A stretch of 64,000 bases of DNA from an uncultured Verrucomicrobiae bacterium (GCA_963706955.1 CAVPOC010000004.1:110277-174276); one strand, 5' to 3'; positions 1-11,208 are shown, numbered from the stretch's first letter. Notes: generated by a model not told the origin, from the letters alone. Numbers and translations are program-made.

Positions 1-438
1 TGTGAACCCGTCATTGGCTAATGGGTGGGAAAAAAAGCTCGGGTTAAAGTCAAGCCCGAGGCTTCGTTCCTTGCACCAGTCGATCCAGCTTTGAAAATGA
101 TCGGTCGTGAGTTCGTTGCGCGGAACCGGTTTTGCTGCGCTGAAGTCGGCATAGAGGGCGTGAAGGTTCAGCCGGTGTCTACCTGGAATCAGCGAAAGCG
201 CTTTGTCGATGTCCTGCCGCAACTCCTGAATGGAGCGGGCCTTGCCAGGATAGTTGCCGGTGGCTTGGATGCCGCCTCCGCTGAGTGCTCCGCCTCCGGA
301 TTCAAAGCCGCCGACGTCATCGCCTTGCCAGCAGTGCAAAGAGATCGGAATCGCTTCCAGCCTCTTCAAGGCGGCTTCAGTGTCGACGCCCCAGGAGGCG
401 TATACTTCGCTGGCCCAAGTGTATTGTTCTGTGCTCAT
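1..438 (-). CDS. rhaA: L-rhamnose isomerase (5' part, runs off window)
   Basis: Manual translation from ATG at 438: [46 protein letters not shown]...[13 protein letters not shown]...HRLNLHALY...[22 protein letters not shown] and [10 protein letters not shown] are RhaA motifs. Not in the ORF track. Confidence 0.95.
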   Translation of the reverse strand, partial: MSTEQYTWASEVYASWGVDTEAALKRLEAIPISLHCWQGDDVGGFESGGGALSGGGIQATGNYPGKARSIQELRQDIDKALSLIPGRHRLNLHALYADFSAAKPVPRNELTTDHFQSWIDWCKERSLGLDFNPSFFSHPLANDGFT

Positions 439-475
439 CTCTTCTGGATGGGTCCGGTGTATTCCAGCCGCCTAC

Positions 476-498
476 GAGCGGCGCGACCCGCGCCGCTC
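476..498. repeat. Perfect 10-bp-stem intergenic hairpin (REP-like or mRNA-stabilising)
   Basis: GAGCGGCGCG-ACC-CGCGCCGCTC between the binding-protein gene and rhaA; no U-tract. Confidence 0.6.
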
Positions 499-518
499 CC
501 AGACTTTGCTGGACTCAC

Positions 519-1501
519 TCAGAAGTTGAATTGATCGATATTGTCCTTCACGAAAATGAAGGGCTTTCCGAGGAGGACGTTGTCGCCCTTGACTTCAAGG
601 GACTCCGAGGCGTCCGGCTTCCAGGGTGGCTGGCACCCGGTTTGAGCGTGCCGTCGGCGAGGGCCTTAGCTGCGTAGACCGTCAAATAGCCGAGATCTTC
701 GGTATTCCAGAGGACAACACCGGTGGTGATGCCATCGTGCACGTAGCGCTTGTTTTCGTTCGGAAGCCCAAGGCCGACGACTTTCACATCCTTGCGCCCG
801 CTCTGCTTGACGGCTTCTGCGGCGCCGGGAACGGCCGGTGAGCAAACCGCCATGAGCACTTTAACGTTGGGGTTGGAGTTGAGAATGGCGGTCGCTTCGC
901 TGAATGCCTTGTCCTTCAAATCGTCGCAGGGACGCAGGGCCGCCAGCTTGATATCAGGATACTTTTCTTCCATGCGTTGCTTGATGTTTTTGATCCACTC
1001 ATTCTGGTTCGCAGCGGTCAGCGAGGATGTGATGATGGCGAACTCGCCTTTGTCGCCGAGCGCCTTCGCAGCCTCGTCCATCAAGGTGTAGCCAATACCT
1101 TCGGGAGTGGCCTGGTTGATCAGGAAGTCGCGGGCATCGGGTTCGGCGTCCGCATCCCAAGTAATAATCTTAATGCCTTTGTCCTTGGCTTTACGAAGAG
1201 CGGTCGAGAGACCCTCGCGATTCTCGACCGAAACCGCAATCACGTCGACCCCACGCGTGATCCATGTTTCGACGATCTCGTTTTGTTTGGCGGGGTCTGG
1301 TTCCGTAGGACCATCCCAGAGCAATTTCACGCCGAGCTCTTTGGCGGCCTGCTCGGCGCCTTTGCGGCAGGAAATGAAGTAGGCATTGCCTTTGCTCTTT
1401 GGCATCATGGCAATCGTTAGGGGTTTGTCGGCCGCGTTGCCTGTTGCGGCGGCGCCCAACACAAGAGATACTGATAAGAGTGCTGTTAGGAGTTTTTTCA
1501 T
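519..1501 (-). CDS. Rhamnose-type sugar ABC transporter substrate-binding protein (frameshift near 3' end)
   Basis: Signal peptide; MMPKSKGNAYF and LWNTEDLGYL motifs of the rhamnose/LsrB-like class. The likely true C-terminus LEVKGDNVLLGKPFIFVKDNIDQFNF* lies in another frame with TGA at 519-521. Confidence 0.88.
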
Positions 1502-1570
1502 GGAATTGGATGAGGTGTGTTATTATCGAGCTGTCGATGTATGGATTATGGATGACTTAGAGTTGTGGCT

Positions 1571-2599
1571 TTAGGTCTGAGGTTTCGGTTGGGAGGTTGG
1601 TGCGACGGACTTTGCTCCCGCCGGTTTGCGCAGGCGCGGAAGGGCTTTTGTGAGCGCCTCGCCAGCGAGAACGCTTAGCAAGAGGACACCGGTGAGAATC
1701 CCTGCGAGCTCGCTGGGCATGTCGGACAATGTAAGGCCGTTTCTCAGGACGGCCAGGACGGCCAGCCCTAAAAGGGTGCCATGGACGGTGCCGATGCCTC
1801 CAAAGATCGAGGTTCCGCCAAGCACGACCGCGGTGATGGCGAGAAGTTCATAGCCCGTCCCGGCGTCCGCCTTGGCCTGCCCCACCCGCGCCACATAGAT
1901 CAAGGCGGCCAGTGCCGAGAAGACGCCCGACAGGATGTAAACGAGCGCAACACGCCGATCGACCGGAATGCCCGCGTAGCGCGTTCCGTCGGGCGAGAAA
2001 CCGATCGCACGAAACGAGCGTCCAAAGGTGGTCCGATGGATCAGCAGCCAGATGCCGATGGCCGCCAAGACTAGAATCGGCAACTGAGCGGGAATTACGC
2101 CGAAGAGGTATCCCTGGCCGAGAAAAAGGAATGACGCCGGGAAACCTGTAAAGTTGTCGACTCCACGAGTGATCGCCTCGGCGAGCCCGCGAAAGAGAGA
2201 GAAGGATCCCAGAGTTACGATCAGTGGTGGCAGTTTCAGACGTGTAATAAGAGCTGCATTCAATCCACCGGCGGCTGCTCCGATCAGCAGGGTGCAGAGA
2301 GCAGCGAGCCACGGTGGCAGCCCGGCGTCGCGCCAGAGCTTTCCAAATGAAATTGCGCAGAGTCCGAGAAGCGATCCAACGGACAGATCAATGCCGCCAG
2401 TCAGGATGATCGGCGTCATCACGAGGGCGAGCAAACCCAGTTCCACGCTCAAACGGACAATCTCAAGCGCGTTTCCGGTCGTCGTAAAGTTTTCGGCCGT
2501 CTGCGAAAAGATGAAGATCTCTGCGAGGAGCACTGCGATGAGCAGTGTCTCGAAGCGGAGCAGGAATGCCTTCCAGTCTGGAGTTGAATGATTCGTCAT
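1571..2599 (-). CDS. Sugar ABC transporter permease (RhaQ-like)
   Basis: GGIDLSVGS and YELLAITAVVLGGTSIFGG motifs; hydrophobic. Confidence 0.92.
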   Translation of the reverse strand: MTNHSTPDWKAFLLRFETLLIAVLLAEIFIFSQTAENFTTTGNALEIVRLSVELGLLALVMTPIILTGGIDLSVGSLLGLCAISFGKLWRDAGLPPWLAALCTLLIGAAAGGLNAALITRLKLPPLIVTLGSFSLFRGLAEAITRGVDNFTGFPASFLFLGQGYLFGVIPAQLPILVLAAIGIWLLIHRTTFGRSFRAIGFSPDGTRYAGIPVDRRVALVYILSGVFSALAALIYVARVGQAKADAGTGYELLAITAVVLGGTSIFGGIGTVHGTLLGLAVLAVLRNGLTLSDMPSELAGILTGVLLLSVLAGEALTKALPRLRKPAGAKSVAPTSQPKPQT

Positions 2600-2615
2600 C
2601 GAATGATCCGTGCGA

Positions 2616-3548
2616 TTAGAGTTTCTTGCGCACCGAGCGCCAGCCGTCCGCGGCGACGGCGAGGAGGATGATCAAGCCTTGCAATGCCTTTTCCCATTGG
2701 GGCTGCAGATGTAGGAAAACCAGGGCGGGGGCAATGGAGGAAAGAAGAAGAACGCCGGCTGCGACGCCCCAGAGATATCCCCGCCCGCCGGAGATGGCCA
2801 CTCCCCCAACGACGGCGGCGGCAATGGCCTTGAGTTCGAGGCCCTGGCCTGCTTTGGGATCCACGTCTGGAAAGCGCACCGCGTTTAGCAGCGCCGCGAG
2901 TCCGGTGAGTGCACCCATGAGAACGAAAACCGCAAAGGTCACCTTCTGGGGATGGATGCCCGCGAGCCTGGCAGCCTCTTTGTCCGAGCCGACGGCGTAG
3001 ACGAAGCGCCCGGCTGAAATATGCTTGAGCGCAAATGCAAGGAAGAGGAACAGAAGAACAGCGATAGCGATGATCGTGAATTGTCCCGCCTGCTGGCTAA
3101 GGCCGAACCACTGGAAAGTGTCGGGAAGATTGCTGACGAACTCGCCTTCTCGCCACCACCGCAGAGCCTCTCGCCACGTCACCATGGTTGCTAGAGTCAC
3201 GACGATGGAAGGGATACCGAGGAACGCGACCAAGGCTCCATTGAAGGCACCCATGGTTGCCCCACAGAGGATGGCGACAATCCCAACGAGCGGCATCGGC
3301 CAACCGTTGCTTGCAGCCAGGCCTGCGAAGACGCTGCAAAGAGCGAACTGCGAGCCGATGGAAATGTCGATCTGCCGGCAAATAATCACGAGGGTCATGC
3401 CGCAAGCGGCAATCAAGACCGGCACCGCATCGCAGAGCATCGAAAGAAGCTGCGCGGGTTTGAAGAATTCCGGCGCGCGAAAGGCGAGCAAGAGCAGGAT
3501 GGCCAGAAACGCAACGAAGACCGACCATTCGCGAAAATAACGTTTCAT
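2616..3548 (-). CDS. Sugar ABC transporter permease (RhaP-like)
   Basis: IDISIGS and LELKAIAAAVVGGVAISGG motifs; start taken at MKRYFREW (ATG 3548). Confidence 0.92.
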   Translation of the reverse strand: MKRYFREWSVFVAFLAILLLLAFRAPEFFKPAQLLSMLCDAVPVLIAACGMTLVIICRQIDISIGSQFALCSVFAGLAASNGWPMPLVGIVAILCGATMGAFNGALVAFLGIPSIVVTLATMVTWREALRWWREGEFVSNLPDTFQWFGLSQQAGQFTIIAIAVLLFLFLAFALKHISAGRFVYAVGSDKEAARLAGIHPQKVTFAVFVLMGALTGLAALLNAVRFPDVDPKAGQGLELKAIAAAVVGGVAISGGRGYLWGVAAGVLLLSSIAPALVFLHLQPQWEKALQGLIILLAVAADGWRSVRKKL

Positions 3549-3567
3549 TTGTCTTGTGCTTTGGGTG

Positions 3568-5113
3568 TCAGATTGTCTTTGAATCCGCAGAGGAACTGCT
3601 CTTTCCATTTCCTCCCGTTTGGCCGAGTGCGGCTACCATCACATCATGGGCATTTGCTTCCGCTGCCGTGAACTCGCGGACAATGGTCCCGCCATGCATG
3701 ACGGCGATACGGTCGCTCATACCTAAGACCTCAGTTAAGTCCGACGAGATCATCATTACGGCCAGGCCTTCCTTTGTCAGGCGCCGGATGATCTTGTGAA
3801 TTTCCGATTTTGCTCCGACGTCGACACCCTGGGTAGGCTCGTCCAGGATGAGGACCTTGGGCTTAGTGGCGAGCCAACGAGCCAGCGAAACTTTTTGCTG
3901 GTTGCCGCCGGAGAGGGCGCCTCCAGGGGCGTCCGTTGATGGGAGTCTTCACACCGAGATCCCGAACATAGTTGCGCGCAAGGTCGCGTTCTGCTCCGAA
4001 GCGCAACCAGCTTCCTGGAAAGAATGTCGGGTGAATGCTCATGGTCATGTTCGCGGCGACCGGCATCTCCAAAATCACTCCATGGCGTCGTCGGTCCTCT
4101 GGCACGTAACCAATGCCATGTTCAACTGCCTCTCGGGGCGAACGAATCGAAACCTTCTCTCCGGCCAGCGAAATTGTTCCGGTGTCGGCGGGAGTTATTC
4201 CGAATAGAACGCGGGCCAACTCCGTTCGACCAGCCCCAACTATTCCGGCGAATCCAACGACCTCACCGGAACGGAGATCAAGGTCAACATCGTGAACGCC
4301 GGATTCTTGACAACCGACTCCGCGCAGAGATAGCGCGACGTCGGCAGGTGAGGTCTCAGAAGGAGGATAGAGCGCAGAGACCTCTCTACCGACCATGAGC
4401 TTGATGAGGGTGGACTCGTTCATGCCCATGGTGTCTTGGGTGGCGATGCTTTCGCCATCTCGCAGGACGGTTACTCGGTCGGCGAGGGCAAAAATCTCCT
4501 CCATTCGGTGCGAGATGTAGATTACACCTACGCCCTGCTCGCGGAGATCGCGCACCACGGAGTAGAGAAGGTGCACTTCCTTCTGGGTGAGAGAAGCCGT
4601 CGGCTCGTCCATAATGAGGATGCGCGCTCCGGCTCCGAGCGAGCGAGCGATTTCCACGAGTTGCTGCTCTGGCATCGAAAGATTGCGGACTTCTGTGTCG
4701 GGCTCAATCGCTGCCCCAATTCGCTTGAGAAATTGCCGGGCTTGATTGCGCCGATCGCTCCAGGCAATGCGACTTGCAGCGGAAGGAGTCTCCAGCCCGA
4801 GGGCAATGTTTTCCGCCACGCTCAAGTCGGGAAAAAGGGCCGGCTGCTGGTAGATCGCCGCGATGCCCATTGCTCTTGCTGTGGCAGGATCGATTCGGGT
4901 CACCGGTTTTCCTTCGATCTCAATAGTGCCGGAATCGGGTTGATGCGCCCCGGTGATGACTTTGATGAGCGTTGATTTGCCGGCGCCGTTCTCCCCGAGC
5001 AGGGCATGCACCTCGCCTCGGTGCAGGTCAAAAGAAACCCCCCTCAATGCCCGGACGGCTTGAAACGATTTCGTAATCTCACGCAGTTGGAGGAGTGGAG
5101 GGGCAGTTTGCAT
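3568..5113 (-). CDS. Sugar ABC transporter ATP-binding protein (RhaT-like), frameshift near 3945
   Basis: Walker [18 protein letters not shown]; second domain LSGGNQQKV...[14 protein letters not shown]...[15 protein letters not shown] continues in a shifted frame to 3568. Confidence 0.92.
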
Positions 5114-5192
5114 CGATGGAAATAGCGTGTTACTTAGACCTTCGTTCTACGGTTTAGCGGTGGGAACCATTAAGACACCGTTAGCGTTTCCA

Positions 5193-5231
5193 CAAATGAG
5201 AAAAGTGTCGTTTGCGATGCACAAATTGACG
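5193..5231 (-). promoter_or_regulatory. Putative regulator binding site, copy 1 (proximal to rha ABC operon)
   Basis: CAAATGAGAAAAGTGTCGTTTGCGATGCACAAATTGACG, 33/39 identical to 5565-5603, about 80 bp upstream of the ATPase start. Confidence 0.55.
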
Positions 5232-5564
5232 GCACGTCGAAAGTCTTGGGAGCGCCCGACGAAAGCCCTGCCTCTGGAAAATAATGTCGGCCAGACCCGA
5301 CTAATGCTTCGGTGATCTGGCAACCAACACGCTTCGGGCTGCCAAGAGTGCCGATATGTAGCGGGATGGAAATCAGGGATGTCATAGGAAACTGTCAATG
5401 AGCATTCAACGTGCTTACGGCCGCGGCACTCGTAGATCTGCAGACGGCCGATTCGCCGAGTTTTTAGACATTCGTTCTGGTGGACTTTACAGCAGGTCGT
5501 TGGAGGTTCTGTGGGTTGGTGTTCGGTGGGATGAAGAATGTATAAATCGAGGCGGCGGCGTCGG

Positions 5565-5603
5565 CAAATGAGAAAACTGCCGTTTGGCATATACAAATTG
5601 ACG
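5565..5603 (-). promoter_or_regulatory. Putative regulator binding site, copy 2
   Basis: CAAATGAGAAAACTGCCGTTTGGCATATACAAATTGACG; direct repeat of 5193-5231. Confidence 0.5.
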
Positions 5604-5801
5604 ATAGTGGAACGCTCCGAATTCTCAAACAACATCCCATGGTTCCGAGGCAATACTCTTAGATTAATTCTAAGCTTCGTGGCTTAGAGGATGCCACCGC
5701 CGGCAAGCCCTCGACCGTGAGGACACGATTGCTACAACAAGTGTGGCCGGCGCTGAAAAGATTTCAATGGACCACTGTGCGATTGGGCCGCTCCCGCGCT
5801 C

Positions 5802-7283
5802 TCAAAACCAGCTCTTCAGTCGCGGGTAAGCATCCGAAAAGTGCTGGTAAAGGACCTCGTATTTTTCCGCGCCTTGGGGATCCGGGGCCGTCACGGCGTC
5901 AAACTTTGGAGCGAATTGTCGCGCTTCGGCATATCCCTTGATCGCTCCGACGCCTATGGCGGCGACCAAGCCAGCGCCGACCCCGGCGCGTTCCGCGCCA
6001 TGCTTGTCGCGGCCTTGGAGGAGCGGACGATTGAGGACATCGGCGACAATTTGGCGCCAGAGCGGACTTGCGAGTCCATTTCCCGAGGCGACCAGTCTTT
6101 CCAGCGGAGCACCGCATGCGACCATCACGTCCACGATCTGGCGCAGGGCAAAAGCCACGCCCTCGAGGAGCGCTCGGACCATATGGCCCGGTCCGTGGCG
6201 CAGCGTCAGACCGATGAAAGCCCCTTTCGCTCGTGGGTCCATGAGCGGGGATCTCTCACCGACGAGATAGGGCAGGAAGACGAGACCTTCCGCACCGGCC
6301 TCGACTTCGGTCGCCATCTCGTCTAACTCGGGATAGGACCATTTGTTGCCGCCGAGGGTTTGACGCAACCAGCGCAAGGCCATTCCTGCAGAGAGCATCG
6401 CCCCTAGCAGATACCAGCGGTCCTCTGGGGCGTGACAAAAGGTGTGCAATCGGAGTTGCGGATCAAAAAGCGGCGTGGCAAGAGGTGCGAAGACCTGACC
6501 GCCAGTTCCGACGGTTACCGAGCCTTGTGGTGGATCGATCAATCCATTGCCTACTGCCTGCGCCGGTTGGTCAGCGCATCCGGCAGACACGGGAATCCCC
6601 GCCGGCAATCCAAGTTCGTCCGCGGCAGCCCGGCAGAGGTTGCCCACGATTTTCGCTGAAGGGTGTGTTTGCGGGAAAATCGACCTGGGCAAGGCGAGTC
6701 GGTCGATTACCTCGTCGGCCCAGGAACGTGCGGCCACATTGAAGAGTCCCGTGGCGGCGGCGTCGCTTTGGTCGGTGCAGAGCTCATCCGTGAGGCGAAA
6801 CCGCACATAGTCCTTCGGCATCAGCAACGTTGCGGTGTCGTCGAGCGACTTGGGATCGTTCTTCTGCATCCATGCCAACGTTGAAATCATAAAGCCGGCC
6901 GCCGGCGCGGTGCCACAAGTGGAGGCGAGCAACTCGGTTCCGATTCTTTCTTGGATCTCGGGCAACAGCGCCGCGCTGCGCTGATCAGCCCAGATGATCG
7001 CCGCGCCCCGCGGTTGGCGGTTAGCGCCCATGGGGACAAAACCGTGCATTTGCCCCGAGAACCCGATCGCCAGGATTTCGGGCGCCGATGCCTGATGCAA
7101 CGCCTGGCGAACTGCTGTGACCGTCGCATTCCACCAATCCGACGCATTCTGCTCGGCGTAGCCGGGCTGAGGCGTGAGAATGGGATACTCAGCAGTTCCG
7201 AGACCTTCGATGGCGCCTTCCAGCGAGGAGACCACCACCTTCACACTGGAGGTGCCCAGATCGATGCCAAGCAATGCTCTCAT
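5802..7283 (-). CDS. xylB: FGGY carbohydrate kinase, xylulokinase-like
   Basis: LLGIDLGTSSVK, IGFSGQMHG, IWADQRS, PKDYVRFRLT, PYLVGERSP, RALLEGVAF motifs; substrate not certain. Confidence 0.85.
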   Translation of the reverse strand: MRALLGIDLGTSSVKVVVSSLEGAIEGLGTAEYPILTPQPGYAEQNASDWWNATVTAVRQALHQASAPEILAIGFSGQMHGFVPMGANRQPRGAAIIWADQRSAALLPEIQERIGTELLASTCGTAPAAGFMISTLAWMQKNDPKSLDDTATLLMPKDYVRFRLTDELCTDQSDAAATGLFNVAARSWADEVIDRLALPRSIFPQTHPSAKIVGNLCRAAADELGLPAGIPVSAGCADQPAQAVGNGLIDPPQGSVTVGTGGQVFAPLATPLFDPQLRLHTFCHAPEDRWYLLGAMLSAGMALRWLRQTLGGNKWSYPELDEMATEVEAGAEGLVFLPYLVGERSPLMDPRAKGAFIGLTLRHGPGHMVRALLEGVAFALRQIVDVMVACGAPLERLVASGNGLASPLWRQIVADVLNRPLLQGRDKHGAERAGVGAGLVAAIGVGAIKGYAEARQFAPKFDAVTAPDPQGAEKYEVLYQHFSDAYPRLKSWF

Positions 7284-7608
7284 GCGAGTTCGTTGTTCCG
7301 GGCGTGGTTTCCGAGCATTTGAAACTCCATACCAGCACTATGGCTGGGTAAGAAATGGTGTAGCCAAAGGACGCGTTGTAAAGGCGCTCGCGTCAAGCGC
7401 CCAGCCAACTCACAGGCAATTCCCCAAGTTTTCAGATTCATCGTAGCGGAGACGTCATTATTAAAGATGGCTTAGTGAAATGGGCGCACAGGTGAGGTGG
7501 TAGCAAGTTCGCTGCTCTAAGGGCGGCGCATTTCGCATCGATTGGCTGCTTCAGGGTGGGCGACATACGTTTCGAGGGGGAATCATTCTGCGGCGCCGCC
7601 GCGCCTGT

Positions 7609-8661
7609 TTATGCGCGTTTTAACCATAGGTGCGCCATCCAGCGGTCGCGCACGAGCGCGAGTGCAATCGCGAGAATCATTGTGGCTCCCCAGATAGCCT
7701 GGGTCAGGTGCGGGCTGAGTCCGAGTAGGTTAAAACCGGTGGAAATTACCTGCAGGAGAACGAGCGAGAGCACCAGGCCGAGAACCTTTCCGAAGCCACC
7801 ATTCGGATCAACACCTCCCAACACCGCGGCGAGAATGGTTATGAGCAGATAAGACTCCGCGTATCCTGCGCGCGCCGAGTTGAAGCGCGCCATCATTACG
7901 GTTGCCGCCACCCAGCAGAGGACGCTCGAGACGACATAAACTCCCACCAGCATCCACTCGGTCGGAACCCCTGAGTAACGGGTGGCGCGTTCGTTCGAAC
8001 CGATCATGCGCACCGACACGCCAAAGGGGGCGTGGTTCATGATCACCCCGACGATGATTGCGCAGATGACAAAGATAATCATCGCCATTGGAACTCCGAA
8101 GAGCGTGCCATTACCTAGAAAGAGGATCGCCGGTGGGAAGCCGCCGATAACGCCACCGCTAGTCGCGAGCACGGCCACGCCCTTCACCGCCGTCATCGTG
8201 CCGAGGGTGACGAGAATTGGATGGACGCCGAGAAAGGCGACGATCAATCCGGTGATCAACCCCACGATCAAAGAAGTGATCAGTCCCGAGGCGAGCGCCA
8301 GAGCGATCACGCCCGCTGTGATATGTGCCGGACTCTCAGGACCAAGCATCTTGGTCATGATTGCGGCCATGACCAGGGCAGATAGATTCGCGGTCGCAAT
8401 GATGGCAAGGTTCAGCCCGCCGCTCATCAGCGGGATCATCATGGCGAGCGCGAGGATTCCCAGCTCCGGCATTTGAAAGGCGATCGCGCGAAGAGAATCG
8501 CCGGAAAGGAAACGGGCGGGCGCCAGGGAGCTAAAGACAATCGCTGCAATCAGGAGCAGCCCTGTCAGCATGGTCACGGTAGGGTCTCGCCCGAGAAAAT
8601 CGGCCAGCGAGGGACGGGGCGCTGCGGAAGCTGGTGGGGTTGTCGCGGTGTTAGACGACAT
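7609..8661 (-). CDS. Sugar ABC transporter permease
   Basis: GGLNLAI and ESYLLITILAAVLGGVDPNGGFG; multi-TM. Confidence 0.92.
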   Translation of the reverse strand: MSSNTATTPPASAAPRPSLADFLGRDPTVTMLTGLLLIAAIVFSSLAPARFLSGDSLRAIAFQMPELGILALAMMIPLMSGGLNLAIIATANLSALVMAAIMTKMLGPESPAHITAGVIALALASGLITSLIVGLITGLIVAFLGVHPILVTLGTMTAVKGVAVLATSGGVIGGFPPAILFLGNGTLFGVPMAMIIFVICAIIVGVIMNHAPFGVSVRMIGSNERATRYSGVPTEWMLVGVYVVSSVLCWVAATVMMARFNSARAGYAESYLLITILAAVLGGVDPNGGFGKVLGLVLSLVLLQVISTGFNLLGLSPHLTQAIWGATMILAIALALVRDRWMAHLWLKRA

Positions 8662-9628
8662 TGCCTACAGTCCTTCCTTGCTGGCGCTTCGCCGCGATGG
8701 CAGTCGCGCTCACGCTGATGAGAATGATGATGCCGGTAACAAATCCAAAGGAGTAGGAAGATACGCCAAGCAAAGTCAGCCCATTCTGAACTATCGCCAG
8801 CAGGACAATTCCGAGGATCGTTCCAATCACCGTCCCGATTCCGCCCTGCAGGCTAGCGCCGCCCAGGACGACGGCCGCGAGCACATCGAGCTCCCGCCCG
8901 ATCAGCGCGTTGGGAACAACCTCTTCCACGCGGTGAGCCTGGACCAGTCCCGCGATCCCGGCCGTTAAGCCGGAGTAGCCGTAGACGAAACATTGCAGGC
9001 CGACCAAATTGCATCCCATGCGCTTTGCTCCTTCGACATTTCCTCCCAGCCCGTAGATTTGACGGCCAATGGAGAGACGGTTCAGGAGGATGGCGGTGAT
9101 GATGAGAACGATCGCCGCGACGAGGACCGGAAAAGGAATTCCCAACGGCGCGATCGTCTCCGTAAACCAGTCCGGCAAGTCGTAAATCGACACTCCGTCC
9201 GTCAAGAACATCAGCACGGCAAAATAGAAGGTCATCGTCGAAATGGTGACAATAACCGACAGAGCTTGGAGGTAATGAATCAGGAGAGCATTCACCACGC
9301 CGAGCAGCGCGCCGAAAACCGCCGACAACGCAAAGGCTACCACCCAATTGCCACCGATTTGGACGAGAATCGTCGCGACGAGATATTGGGTCACCGCGGC
9401 GATCGCAGCAAACGAGATGTCGATCCCCCCTGCGATAAGCACTACCAAAAGACCCGCTGCCATGATCGCCATCACCGAATAGCTCTCCAACAACGTCACC
9501 AGGTTGCTGACTGACAAAAATCCGGGAGAGAGCGCAGAGAAGAAGGCTCCCAACAGAAGGATGATACTCGCGATTTGAACTTCGTGCCGGCGAAACGCCG
9601 CTTTGAGAGGTCGGCTGGCGTTAGGCAT
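8651..9628 (-). CDS. Sugar ABC transporter permease
   Basis: GGIDISFAA and ELDVLAAVVLGGASLQGG; overlaps both neighbours. Confidence 0.92.
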   Translation of the reverse strand: MPNASRPLKAAFRRHEVQIASIILLLGAFFSALSPGFLSVSNLVTLLESYSVMAIMAAGLLVVLIAGGIDISFAAIAAVTQYLVATILVQIGGNWVVAFALSAVFGALLGVVNALLIHYLQALSVIVTISTMTFYFAVLMFLTDGVSIYDLPDWFTETIAPLGIPFPVLVAAIVLIITAILLNRLSIGRQIYGLGGNVEGAKRMGCNLVGLQCFVYGYSGLTAGIAGLVQAHRVEEVVPNALIGRELDVLAAVVLGGASLQGGIGTVIGTILGIVLLAIVQNGLTLLGVSSYSFGFVTGIIILISVSATAIAAKRQQGRTVGNVV

Positions 9629-11153
9629 GGATCGAATCTCTGAGTTCGTGCTCACTCACGTCATGAGGATTGTAGGTGGCGACGATTCGACCTTCTCGCA
9701 TCACCATGATGCGATGGCTTTGGTGCAAGACTTCTTCGACCTCGTCGGAGATTAGCAAGATGGCCAGGCCACGGGTCGCGAGAGTGTCTACAATTTGGAA
9801 AATTCCGGCCTTGGCACCGATGTCAACGCCGACGGTCGGCGAATCCAAAATGAGCACGCGCGGTTTCGTCGCGAGCCATTTGGCGAGCACGACCCGCTGC
9901 TGATTGCCGCCGGAGAGCTGCTGGACCGGCCGATCAGCCGTGGTCGTCTTCACGCGCAGCTCCTTAAAAATCCACCGGTTGATTGTTCGGGAGCGGCGTC
10001 CTCCATCGATAAGGCCCAACGGACCGGTCAATCGATTTAAGACGGAAATGACCGTATTGTCAGCGATGGTTTGCGGCATCACCAATCCAAGTGAGAGCCG
10101 ATCCTCGGAAACGTAGGCGATGCCGTGGCGGATCGCGTCGCGATTGCTGCGAAGATCGACGCGTTCTCCGTTGACTTGGATCTCCCCGGAGTCCGGCGGA
10201 TTCATCCCAAAGAGCGAGAGTGCGAGCTCCGTTCGACCTGAACCCAGTCTGCCAGTCAGACCCAGAATTTCCCCCGGTCGCACTTCAAGATTGATGTCGA
10301 AGTATTGACCGGCGCACGTTAGCCCGCGTGCCTCCAACATTGGAGGGGCATCGCTGGACAAGTGGGGCTTGATACTGGTTTCGAAGACGTGCCCGGTGAT
10401 AAGTTCACCCAAACGCCGGCGATCAAGATCCCGAACCCGGTAGGTGCCAAGGTTGCGCCCATCGCGGAGCACCGTGACTCTCTCCGCAATTGTCATGACT
10501 TCATCGAGTCTGTGACTCACAAAGACCGTGGCAATATTTTGACGCTTGAGCTCGTGGATCGTCTCGAGAAGCGCCTCGACTTCCTGGTGGGTAAGTGATG
10601 CCGTTGGCTCATCCATCACCACCAACCGCGCCTGCGCGGCCAGCGCGCGGCAAATCGCCACCAACTGACGTGTAGCGATGGGGAGGGTCCCGACCAAGGC
10701 CTCCATCGGGAGCGAAATCTTCAGGCGCTCCATGACTGCGCGCGCTTGGTCCTTCATGGTCTGGCGATTCATCAGACCTGCCGGCGCTTCCACGTGATGC
10801 CGAAAAGCGATGTTCTCAGCAACCGAAAGGTTCGGAAAGAGCGAAAGGTCCTGATAGATGATTTGCACCCCGAAGCGCTGGGAAGCGGCGGGGGATAAAT
10901 GAGAGTGCGCCTTTCCCTCCAGGATGATTTCTCCCTCGTCAGGATTGTGAACGCCGGAGAGAATTTTGATCAAGGTGCTCTTGCCGCAGCCGTTCTCCCC
11001 AGCAAGGCAATGTATCTCGCCGGAACGGATCGAGAAGCTGACATTGGTCAGGGCGCGGACTCCGCCAAAGCGCTTGCTAATCCCGCGCATCTCGATGAAC
11101 TCGGGTGCGCTTAGCTGGGCAGCCTGCTCAGAATTGGCCGAGGTGGAAATCAT
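9621..11153 (-). CDS. Sugar ABC transporter ATP-binding protein
   Basis: GENGCGKST, VVMDEPT, LSGGNQQRV, LDSPTVGVDIGAK. Confidence 0.93.
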   Translation of the reverse strand: MISTSANSEQAAQLSAPEFIEMRGISKRFGGVRALTNVSFSIRSGEIHCLAGENGCGKSTLIKILSGVHNPDEGEIILEGKAHSHLSPAASQRFGVQIIYQDLSLFPNLSVAENIAFRHHVEAPAGLMNRQTMKDQARAVMERLKISLPMEALVGTLPIATRQLVAICRALAAQARLVVMDEPTASLTHQEVEALLETIHELKRQNIATVFVSHRLDEVMTIAERVTVLRDGRNLGTYRVRDLDRRRLGELITGHVFETSIKPHLSSDAPPMLEARGLTCAGQYFDINLEVRPGEILGLTGRLGSGRTELALSLFGMNPPDSGEIQVNGERVDLRSNRDAIRHGIAYVSEDRLSLGLVMPQTIADNTVISVLNRLTGPLGLIDGGRRSRTINRWIFKELRVKTTTADRPVQQLSGGNQQRVVLAKWLATKPRVLILDSPTVGVDIGAKAGIFQIVDTLATRGLAILLISDEVEEVLHQSHRIMVMREGRIVATYNPHDVSEHELRDSIHA

Positions 11154-11208
11154 GGCCGCGTGTGCCGCGCCCACGCGAGCGGGCGCGACACAGAATGACT
11201 GATGAAAT

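Noticed and set aside
25..534. 169-aa plus-strand ORF
   Set aside because: Antisense shadow of rhaA, which has clear motifs on the minus strand.
5147..5653. 168-aa ORF in the rha upstream region
   Set aside because: No recognisable motifs, atypical composition, and it runs across both operator-like repeats.
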